A DNA stretch of 15,540 nucleotides from Azolla caroliniana (Eukaryota > Plantae > Polypodiophyta), in assembly GCA_043228905.1 (NCBI GenBank), contig JBHGNT010000795.1, positions 1 to 15,540 on the forward strand, written 5' to 3'. Under the pieces are notes generated by a model, which made no database searches, was not told where the DNA came from, and worked only from the letters and a program-made list of their open reading frames with translations. A program made the translations under genes and the position numbers. Every line of letters begins with the position of its first letter. Positions within the stretch are counted from its first letter, which is position 1. Shown here in pieces: positions 1 to 9,103 of this stretch.

Positions 1-5
1 ATCCA

Positions 6-1001
6 GTGGATGACAACACCATACTTGCGGAGGTGATGTGCGACAACCACGAGGTGTTTGTTGAAGAAAAGAGAAAAAGAATAGAAGAGCAAGGCCCATC
101 AAAAAGACATGAAACAAGGAACGCTAAAAAGAAGGAAGATGCGGAGACAAGTCAAACTTTGCAAATGGAGGAACGAGATTCAAGCCGAAAAGGAGAGCCG
201 AGCATACGAGTCGAAGAAACCATAGGACCCATGAAGGTTGGTGTCGAAGACCCCGCTCGGAGGACAAGGGCTATGCCTACCTATAAGCTAAGGTCGGACA
301 TAGAGCATACAACGGACCTAAAGAAGATTCTCGAAGAACGTGTTCTTGATAGCCACGTGACTTTGTCCTTTAGGGAATTGCTTGGCATTACGAAGAAGGA
401 GTTCCATGACACGATCGTGGACCTTGTAAAGAGAAAAAGACAACAATCGGACGAGGAAGAAGAGAAGCCGCAAAAAGCAAAAACGAATGCCATAACGATG
501 GCAAGAGACGAAGTCGATGAAGATATGGTGGACAACCACTATACTCGACCTCATTAGGCATGAGCGACAATGGAGATGCCGATGAAGATCGGGGAGAAGA
601 AAGAGACCGTGGTAGCCTTGATCGACCACGGTTCGGAGATCAACCTCATGTCAACTGACTTCTACATTTAAAAAGGAAGATGGCCAATCAATACAAATCA
701 CGGATGGAAGATTCGTGCGGCAACAAAGACTACGGAGGACTTGTACGGAGCTTGTCCCAATGTTAAAGTCACGATCGGGGATGTGGAGATGGATCAACAC
801 TTCTTCATGCAAGAATCAACGTCGCATCTTGTTATCCTAGGACAACTGTATATCACATCATCTCGGATGGAGACCAAAGTGTTTGATAATGGAGCAGCCT
901 TCACATGAATAAAGAGTCTTGACAACCAAAGATCGGTCCAATTCCTAACGGTGCGAGCCAATCATGAAAGGAATCGAGATAGTCTAGGAGGCGAATCCCC
1001 C
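6..1001 (+). pseudogene. gag: Element A gag C-terminal region plus aspartic protease, in one reading frame
   Basis: ORF 6..557 continues in frame through stops (TAG 555, TGA 561, TAA 669, TGA 906) into ALIDHGSEINLM...HGWKIRAAT...LYGACPNV...VILGQ...RSVQFLTV. Confidence 0.85.
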
Positions 1002-1064
1002 GGATTTTTAGAGCGGACTATTGAAGCATGGGGCACAAATAGTTCGAGCAATTGCAAGTCCCCA
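1002..1064 (+). promoter_or_regulatory. Candidate -1 programmed ribosomal frameshift signal (slippery heptamer plus H-type pseudoknot)
   Basis: GGATTTT 1002-1008 followed by TAG; 5-nt spacer; stem 1 CGGACTATT (1014-1022)/AATAGTTCG (1038-1046), 9 bp with one G-U; loop TGGGG (1029-1033) complementary to CCCCA (1060-1064). Confidence 0.6.
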
Positions 1065-4000
1065 CAAGAAAGTAGAGCGCGTGGATTGCGAGGAGAAGCA
1101 ACATGTGTCACACCTAGTGGCGCATGTAAACTAGTACTACCCGACAAGAAGGACAAGCATCGAATACAAAACTTTGAGAAGATGCTGAAAGAAGAAAACA
1201 TAATAGAAGAAGAAGAGTTTGTGACTCATATTATGGAAGAAGCCTCATTTAACGACACCATCGGCGAAATCGAGGATGTCGTGGACTTGAGCTATCTTCA
1301 CGATCATCACGTGATTTCGGTTAACTCCATCAACATGTACGTTATCATTGATGAATATCATCGAAGCATCTTGATGAAGGAAACTGACGTCAACACAAAA
1401 TATAAAACAGTGGATAAGAAGGTCAAGCCAGTTGCAGTTCCGCTACTAGAAGATAGCTGGCAAAAGATGAAGGAAGTTGCTAACGATCCAAGCTTAAGAG
1501 ATCCGAAGACAATAGGTCATGTCTTCACCAAAGAGACGAAGGGAAAGCTACGAGTTGGAAGGGAGGATTTCCTTCTCCCTGAAGAGGAGCGAAAGTTTCG
1601 CGACATGGGAAGGCTTTCGCATTTTTCCCACAAGAAATCGGATGTGCTGATCCAAGGGCAATAGAGCCAATGGTGATCTTCACGGTGCTGCATGTACCTT
1701 GGAATTTGAAACTGATACCGGTTCCGAGAGCACACCTACCGAAGCTGATCGAGCTCTTAAAGGAGAAGGTGAATATGGGAATTCTGGAACCATCGAATGC
1801 TCCTTATTCCAATAGGTGGTTCACGGTGCCGAAGAAGAATGGATCATTGCGATTCATCCACGATCTTCAACCTGTCAACAAGGTGACAATTCGAAATGCT
1901 GGAATCGGTCCGAGCGTGGACGAATTTGCCGAGGCATTTGCGGGCCGGTCCATCTACTCCATTGGCGATCTCCACTCCGGATATGACCAATTCCAATTGG
2001 CGATCGACAGTCGTGACATTACAACCATGAGGATTCCGATCGGGCTTGTGCGGATGTGTACCTTACCTCAAGGCGCAACGAACTTGGTGGCTCATATGGT
2101 GAATGCCATGAACAAAGTCTTGAAGGATTGTATCCCGGACATCACGATGCCATTCTTGGATGATATTCCGATAAAAGGATGTTCGGATGAGGAGAAAGAT
2201 GAATCAAAAGATAAGGAAGGGTGTAGAAAGTTCATCGCGGATCATATGAAAGATTGCGAGAAGGTGCTTCAAAGGCTCGAAGATGCAAATTTGACATTTT
2301 CAGGAGAAAAATCCGCATTCGGGCAACCAGAGATCTTGGTCGTAGGTCACTTGGTGTGGAGCATACGGTCGGAAGCCTTCACCATCCAAAGTGAACGCGA
2401 TCCAAGACATGAAAGAAGAATGCGAAAACCAAACGAAGGTTCGAAGGTTCCTTGGAGCATGCACGTTTTATCATATCTGGATTCCTCACTACGCTCATGT
2501 CGTCGAACTGTTATATGGACTACTAAAGAAAAGAATGAAGTTCGAATGGCGAAGCGAGCATACAAACGCAATGCGAAGATTGAAGAAACTACTTCTTGAA
2601 GCTCCAACATTAGGAAAGGCCAACTATACCGAAAGGAAGCCGATTTATGTGACTGTAGATACGAGCCCAACCGGAATCGGGTGGTCATCAACCAAGAAGG
2701 AGAAGATAATGTGCAATATTCCATCCGGTTCGGAGCAAAGGTTCTTGGCGAACGGCAATAAAGATACGCCCAAGTCAAGCGGGAACTTTGGGGTATTGTG
2801 TCGGTAGTGAAGACAGACAAAGATTACCTGATCGGGACGGAAGTGATAATAGATACAGATTGTCTCCCAATCCTCGGAATGATCTCGGGATGTGCAACAC
2901 TAGATCTAGCTATGCTAAGGTGGATCGCCTATATCAAGTCTTTAAACCCAGAGATCCGCCATATTGCAGGGAAGAAGAACGCCATGGTTGACATGCTGTC
3001 GAGGGCAAGATTTGAGAATGAAGGTGACATGGTTTCGGAAGATTAAGACGTCACCCTCGACTTCTTCAAGATGGCTCCACTATCGGCGGAAGACACGGGC
3101 ACGCTAACCCTCCACGCCTTCAACGAGGACGAGTACGAAGGGGAGTGGTTACTTATCGGCAGATTCCTAAGAATGATGACGACGGATGCTTCGTTGACGA
3201 AGGAGGAGGCCCTATGAATCCGAAAGAAAGCCTACCAATACTTCTTGAAGGGAGGTTTCCTTTAGTGACACCCAAAAAGAAGGACAGGAATACCATGTCG
3301 AGTGGTGGTGAAGAAAGAAGAGCAAGTGACGTTGATGACCGAATTCCACGAGAGTGCTTGGGCAGGTCATAGAGGAACATGGGCGACATTCGAAAAGTTG
3401 AAGGAAAAGTACTGGTGGCCAAGCATGTACAAAGATGTACTCCATTTCGTGTCCACATGCGAAACTTGCCAAGTACATTCCAATATACGTCATCGTGATG
3501 AGCTATGACCGACATACCCGCTCACCATACACTTCAAATGGATGGTTGATTTGGTCTCGATGCGAATGGGAGTGGGACAAATGAAGTACTTAGTGCTGAC
3601 AAGAGAAGACTTGACAAATCAAGTGGAAGAGCGGGCCTTGACAAATATGACGACATCAGCTGTTTGCAAATTTCTACTTGAAGAGGTTGTCTACCAATAC
3701 GGATGTGTGGGGAAGATAGTAGCCGATCGAGGGGAGTTGGATGCACACGAAGCAACAGAGCTTTTCGAACGACTAGGCATGAAGCTCTCCCTCACAACTG
3801 CCTACAATCTAGAAGCGAATGGGAAGATCGAGTGAGGGCATGGACCCATCGTCAAAGTCATCGTACAAGCATGCAACGGTCGAGTCGGGAATTGTCCACG
3901 ACTTTTGCCCTACGCCTTGTGGGCTGACAGAACGACACACAACTCGGTGATAGGGTATATGCCAACGGAGCTTATGTATGGACAAAAGCTGGTGATGCCC

Positions 4001-4483
4001 ATCGAAAGGACGATCACCTCATGGGTAGCGATACCATGGGAGAACGAGATGAGTCGAGAAGAATTATTAGCAGCACAGATAAGGCAACTTGAAAGAAGAC
4101 CTGAAGATCTAGAACGTGCGCGAAAAATGATGGAGGCAGCCCGAGTGAAGAACAAAATTCGGTTCGACAAGACGCATCGATTGCGTCCCAAGAGGATTGA
4201 AGAAGGAGATTGGGTATTGGTCTACGACAATAGCCTTGACAATCAACACAGTACTACAAGAAAGTTTGCAAGAAGATTGTTCAGACCGTATGTGGTGATA
4301 AGTGCCAACGACAATGCCACATACCACCTTGCAGAGCTAGATGGATCAAGGTTGGCCATACCCATTGCAGGAAAAAGAGTAAAGGTTTTCAAGAAAAGAC
4401 AAGATGAGGATCCTGACCTCAATCACCTCGACGATGAAGATAGTACGACGGATGTGAATGAAGACGTGGAGGAATCTAATTGA
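1002..4483 (+). pseudogene. pol: Element A pol (RT-RNase H-integrase), disrupted
   Basis: ORF pieces 951..1664, 1670..2599, 2391..2807, 2798..3046, 3302..3508, 3542..3835 and 3905..4483 carry consecutive RT, RH, HHCC, DDE and GPY/F-like motifs. Acidic tail; no chromodomain seen. Confidence 0.93.
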
Positions 4484-4518
4484 TCACCATAGCCGAAATC
4501 TCACACTCTCTCTTCTTG

Positions 4519-4555
4519 GCACGTATTAGAGGACGTGCGGTTTGGTGGGGGTGGA
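4519..4555 (+). promoter_or_regulatory. Element A hairpin plus polypurine tract
   Basis: GCACGT-ATTAGAGG-ACGTGC (4519-4538), then GGTGGGGGTGGA (4544-4555), identical to the 12-mer abutting the LTR of element D. Confidence 0.75.
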
Positions 4556-4804
4556 TGCCATGAAGATTTTCGGCAATGGTATGAAAATCACATAAAACTA
4601 CAAAAGGATGGAGGTCTTGAAGAGCTTTTAGATGCACTTTACTACATAAGAAATAGACATCTAAGCGTAAACATATGTGGGTATAAAGTTTTGCAAAAGA
4701 AAAAAAAGACAAAAATAAAATTGTGAAATATCCCACATAGATAGGAAAGTTAAGGCCCTGGCTATATAAGCACATTGAGATCCCTTATTTTTCATTTGTG
4801 CTAA
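4556..4804 (+). repeat. Element A 3' LTR (U3 part, truncated)
   Basis: Starts TGCCATGAAGA right after the PPT; D's LTR starts TGTCGTGAAGA. TATA-like CTATATAAG ~4762-4770. No matching CA end found, so the right boundary is uncertain. Confidence 0.6.
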
Positions 4805-4946
4805 GAGCACTTTTGGCCACTTTGTCTAGATGGATGAATGTGGCCAAATTCCTAAAAACCAACTGGCAAAAAAAATGGAACCGGCCGGAAAGCAAACCGG
4901 AACCGGTGACCGGCGGTAATCGGCAGCATCCGATCGGATAGATATA

Positions 4947-4966
4947 TAAATAAATAAATAAATAAA
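4947..4966. repeat. (TAAA)5 microsatellite
   Basis: Five TAAA units flanked by TA dinucleotides. Confidence 0.9.
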
Positions 4967-4989
4967 TATATGTATACACAAGGAGTGCA

Positions 4990-5056
4990 AGTGTGGATTT
5001 GAACCTTTTCACTTCCAAGTTGAGAGTCTATAAAACTACCACTAAGCCAACACATT
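4990..5056 (-). other. tRNA-derived (SINE-head-like or pseudo-tRNA) Pol III A/B-box module
   Basis: Minus strand: A box TGGCTTAGTGG (5049-5039) and B box GGTTCAAATCC (5005-4995), 33 nt apart as in tRNAs. Cloverleaf stems pair poorly, so it is not a functional tRNA. Confidence 0.6.
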
Positions 5057-5324
5057 TTCTTGAAATTATATTTCTATCGTTATAACTTTATATGTAAATT
5101 CTCATACATGAGAGCTAAAATGAGTGACATGATTATCATGCACCACATGTAATACATGAGCGCCAAATGGCAAACATGCATTTTATGCATGTCTTGTACC
5201 CTCAAATGCATGAGGGCATCTATAAAAGAGGAGATGGAAAAAGAAGAAAGGTTAGGTACTTTTTTTTATATAAAATTAAGAGAAGAAAATTCGTTATCGA
5301 ATTGATCGTGTAACTTGTTTCTTA

Positions 5325-5422
5325 AATCTAAAGTCAATTGCTCAATCTTAATCTCTCTCTCTTTTCGCCATATCAATCTTTCTCAATCTAAAGTCAAGCG
5401 TTTAATCTCAATCTCTCTCTCT
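5325..5422. repeat. Imperfect direct repeat, 60-bp period
   Basis: AATCTAAAGTCAA..AATCTYAATCTCTCTCTCT at 5325 and 5385. Confidence 0.8.
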
Positions 5423-5517
5423 CAAATTATCTTAAATACTTTCTCGCTAAAGCTTATGTAAACTTCGAATCCTTTCGGTCCAGAACCTCGGCGGTTCCGC
5501 TTCATGATCAACGCATA

Positions 5518-7330
5518 GTGACGGATCTTCTAGTCCAGAACCCCGTCGGTAACCGGATGACACTTGACGAACCGGCCAGATACGGACAAGAAACCGAACC
5601 AACCGAAGAAGAAGAAGAAGAAGAAGAAGACACAGGAACCGGACAAGATCCTGAATCAAATTCGAATTCGGAACAAACGGAGGAACCGGCAGTCAGAAAC
5701 CAAGGACGAAGATATCCTCTCCGGGAGAGAATAGCCCCCCGAAGATTTCCGGATGCAGAGCATGTGTTGCTAACCGATGAGGGGGAGCCGGAAAGCTTTG
5801 AAGAAGCAAGGGGAGACACCCACAACTACAAGTGGTTGAGTCCCTGGGAGGATGAGATGGATTCCCTACATGAGAACCACACATACAAATTAGTGGAGTT
5901 GCCGAAAGGAAAGAGGGCACTCCGGAACAAGTGGGTGTATAAGCTGAAACTAGGAGACACCGGAAATCCACCAAGGTATAAGGCCCGAATCGTGGTGAAG
6001 GGCTTCCAGCAGAAGAAAGGACTGGACTTTGATGAGATCTTTGCCTCGGTAGTAAAGATGGCATCCATCCGGATGGTATTGGGCATTGCGGCAAGCATGG
6101 ACCTCGAGGTAGAGCAACTAGACGTCAAGACGACATTCCTACATGGAGACCTCGAAGAAGAGATATACATGCATCAACCGGAAGGATTTGAGAAGAAAGG
6201 GAAGGAGCACCTGGTGTGCCGGCTGAAGAAGAGCTTATATGGACTGAAGCAAGCTCCTCGGCAATGGTACCCGAAGTTTGACTGCTTCATGACCGATCAA
6301 GGGTACCACAAGACGCAAACCGATCATTGTGTGTTTGTGAAGAAATTTGATGAAGGAGATTTCTTGATATTGCTCTTGTACGTGGATGACATGTTGATTG
6401 TCAGACGAGACCAAGTCAAGATACAGATGCTGAAGAAGGCCCTGAACCAGACCTTCTCAATGAAAGACTTGGGTCCGGCAAGACAAATAATGGGGATGCA
6501 CATCATCCGGGACCGGTCAAAGAAGCAATTGTGGCTGTCACAGGAAAAGTATGTGACAAAGGTGCTTGAATGGTTTAACATGTTAGAAGCAAAACTGCAG
6601 ATTATCCGGTAAGCAAAGCCCGAAGACAAAGGCAAAGAAGGTGGATATGATGAAGATTCCATATGCCTCTACGGTCAGGAGCTTGATGTACGCAATGGTG
6701 TGTACTCGACTGGATATTGGATACGCAGTCGGAGTGGTGAGTCGGTTCATGACCAACCCCGGAAAAGAGCACTGGAATGTGGTGAAATGGATACTTCGGT
6801 ACTTGAAGGGCACTTCGAGTATGTTCCTCCGATTCGGCTCTGGTAAACCCCTCATGGAAGGCTTTACCAATTCGGATATGTCGGCTGATGTGGACACCAG
6901 CCGGTCAACTTCCAGATATGTCATGACCCATGCAGGGGGAGCCGTTTCGTGGCAGTTGAGGCTGTAGAAGATGGTTGCATTGTCAACCACGGAGGCGGAG
7001 TGCATGGCAGCCGTGGAAGCCGGCAAGGAAATATTATGGATGAAGGACTTCATCCGAGAGCTAGGGATCTGGCAAGAGGAATACCGGCTCTACTGCGATA
7101 GTCAAAGTGCCATCCACCTTGCAAAGAACGCGACATACCATTCCAGAACGAAGCACATCCAGCGCAGGTACCATTGGATCCAGGAGCGAGTTGAGGATCG
7201 AGAGTTCGTGCTAACGAAGATCCACACGGAGGAGAACAGGTCGGATATGCTAACCAAGGTGCTGACACCCGACAAGCTGGACGCATGCCGGAAGCGGATT
7301 AGACATACCAAACATCCCATACCGGAGTGA
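5518..7330 (+). pseudogene. pol: Copia pol fragment (RT plus RNase H)
   Basis: YKARIVVKGF, QLDVKTTFLHG, SLYGLKQAPRQW, LLYVDDML; RH motifs ALSTTEAE, YCDSQSAI, RTKHI. Frameshift near 6592; stop TAG 6965; (GAA)8 poly-Glu 5605-5628. Confidence 0.95.
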
Positions 7331-7338
7331 AGGGGGAG
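7329..7338 (+). promoter_or_regulatory. Copia polypurine tract
   Basis: GAAGGGGGAG overlapping the pol stop codon, 2 nt before TGTTGG. Confidence 0.9.
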
Positions 7339-7340
7339 TT

Positions 7341-7849
7341 TGTTGGGAAATCGGTCTCTCCGGATGGGATCCGGTGATGAATAAAGAGGACCCGGTGAGA
7401 ACCGGAAGAGAAGACAAATTTGTAAATATGTCTTGAATAAGCCCATTGAGGCTATATTTGTAAATAGCCCTAAGTTCATATAACTATAAATATGACTTAG
7501 GGCAATCACTTTAGTATATGTGATTTGTGTTGTTGTCATATTGTTGTAACTGTTGTATAGAGAGAGAGGGAGAGAGAGAGATATAGAGTGATACTTTGTC
7601 GTAACCGCCACTGTGTGAAGAAACAGAGCTCGAGGTCGTTGCCTCTGAGTCTCTGATTGTACCCCTTCTCTTCATAGTGATAATTCGGAGTTTGTGGGCT
7701 CCCGTGGTTCTTCCCTATTAGGGTTTTCCACGTAAACATACTGTGGCATTTTCTTGTGTACTCTCCACTTCCCATTTCCGTGTTTGAGTCTTATTGGAAT
7801 GATTTACTACTCGGTTGTGGCCGAGTAATATTCTGTGTATTTCTCTTCA
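7341..7849 (+). repeat. Element B 3' LTR (~509 bp)
   Basis: TGTTGG start after the PPT; TATAAATA ~7485; GA tract ~7559-7581; ends ...CTTCA exactly where E's integrase frame (TERTN) is cut. Predicted TSD ATTCG 7850-7854. Confidence 0.8.
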
Positions 7850-8460
7850 ATTCGTGCGTTCTGTTTGACCATCGGTTTGAGGATGGTAGTGTGAAGATAG
7901 TTTACGAGAAATTATGAGGATCTCAAGTAAGTGTGTCCAAAAATTTGCAATCAATTGTGGCCCACGATCACTAATAATTTCATCTGGAAGGCCATGATGC
8001 TTGGAAACTTCTCGTATAACAAGATTTTTCGTTTCCTGACTAGTTAAAGTCTTCCTACATGGAAGAAAGTGTGCCATTTTCGTAAAGCGGTCCACCACTG
8101 TAAGAATAACATCATAATCTTGGGAAGATGGGAGCTTGTCGTCAATTTAGGACTCCAGCATTTTGAAAGTATGTGAGGTTTTTATGATCGTTGTAAACAA
8201 TAATTTGGTGGGGAGAACCTTCCAAGAAGTGACGCCATTGTTCGAAAGAATCAACAATTGCTAGCAAGTTTTTTTCATGGATTTCGTAATTGATTTCTAC
8301 AGGTTCAAACTTTCTTGAATGAAATGCAACTAGATGCAATTTCTCAGGATGCGCTATTTGCAATAAAACACTTCCTAGTGCAAAATCAAATGCATCTACT
8401 TCTATGATAAATTGCTTCTCGAGGTAAAAAATGGACCAAAATGGGAGTAGATGCAAATGT
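7850..8460 (-). mobile_element. pol: Element E: chromovirus-like (Tf2/Tcn1-like) Ty3 RNase H and integrase remnant
   Basis: RH motifs FIIEVDAFDFALG, AFHSRKF, YEIHEKNLLAIV, DHKNL; IN core VVDRFTKMAHF, IISDRGPQ, HPQTDGQTERTN. RH is fused to the IN core by a deletion near 8132. Clade call is from motif recall only. Confidence 0.85.
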
Positions 8461-8914
8461 TGTCTAGAGGACAGAAATGTAAAATTAGGAAATTAGCAAA
8501 CGCCGAGTCCAAGTATCACGGGCCACCGACGGCTCGGCTGTGTATTAGGGGAAAAGTTATTTAAACGAGGTCCAGTATTTCAGAGAGAGAGAGAAGAAAA
8601 CTATAGGCGGAAGCACTAGCTTAGTCCTTCGTAATAGGATAAACTCGTAAGGTCACCGGCCATAGGCCATGTTCTGTAATCTTTTCTATCATAGTAATAT
8701 ATCTGATTTGTGCCTAGTTTTGCTGCATGAGTCTGTGCTTTGATCCATACCTATGAGTTTCACGCCGCCACGTCTATCAAGACCTCGCTAGTGTTTTCTC
8801 TCTGAGCCCCGTATCTCTCTTGACGCCTCTGTACGAGCCTTCACGTACCACACCCTTGAAGACCGATAGACGTAGATCTATCGAAGGTGTTCACCCAAAG
8901 GAACGGGTAACACA
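8461..8914 (+). repeat. Element C 5' LTR (~454 bp)
   Basis: TGT start where E homology stops; ACA end 3 nt before the PBS; TATTTAAA ~8558 followed by a GA tract. Alternative ends 8458 (TGTT) and 8912 (AACA) cannot be excluded. Confidence 0.7.
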
Positions 8915-8917
8915 ATT

Positions 8918-8930
8918 TGGCACGCCCGGT
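8918..8930 (+). promoter_or_regulatory. Primer-binding site, tRNA-Arg-like
   Basis: TGGCACGCCCGGT directly after the LTR end; resembles the TGGCACGCCC PBS recalled for Tat/Ogre elements. Confidence 0.75.
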
Positions 8931-9103
8931 TACAGCTGTGAGTGCACAACGAACTTCGTTGAAGGTAACCACCAGCCGCCGTTACGGCGCCCTCTCGCAC
9001 CACGAGGTCTCGGCCACCCGCCCGACGCCCTGAGCTAGTCGAAGGAACTTCCAACTCGACGGTCACTGACCAATCCTTTCCCGATCAATCGGAGGCTTGT
9101 TTA

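Larger units (their letters stand above)
1..4804 (+). mobile_element. Element A: degenerate Ty3/gypsy LTR retrotransposon; 5' part outside the window, 3' LTR truncated
   Basis: Domain order PR (ALIDHGSEINLM, 615-650), RT (RFIHDLQPVN, LPQGATN, PFLDD), RH (VTVDTSPTGIG), IN (HESAWAGH..CETC, MVDLV, ADRGE, EANGKIE) is the Ty3 order. A PPT and an LTR-like TG start follow. Many stops and frameshifts. Confidence 0.93.
4805..5476. mobile_element. Unclassified AT-rich insert, possibly the left end of a PIF/Harbinger-like DNA transposon
   Basis: TAA (4802-4804) followed by GAGCAC...; inverted repeat TTTGGCCAC (4812-4820)/GTGGCCAAA (4840-4848); clustered (AA)CCGG motifs ~4879-4912. No partner TIR or transposase in the window. 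Confidence 0.3.
5477..7849 (+). mobile_element. Element B: 5'-truncated Ty1/copia retrotransposon (Tnt1/Tork-like)
   Basis: Begins in the IN-RT linker (left edge approximate), then RT, RH, PPT and a complete LTR. 5' LTR, gag, PR and IN are absent. Confidence 0.92.

Noticed and set aside
4535-4726. 63-aa ORF after A's integrase as an extra or env-like gene
   Set aside because: It overlaps the PPT and LTR, has a GTG start and no recognisable motif, and has no counterpart in D's LTR.
4990-5056. Functional tRNA gene
   Set aside because: Acceptor, anticodon and T stems do not pair properly.
5289-5293. ATTCG as the left TSD of element B
   Set aside because: Not followed by TG or an LTR copy, and the continuation of E is not adjacent.
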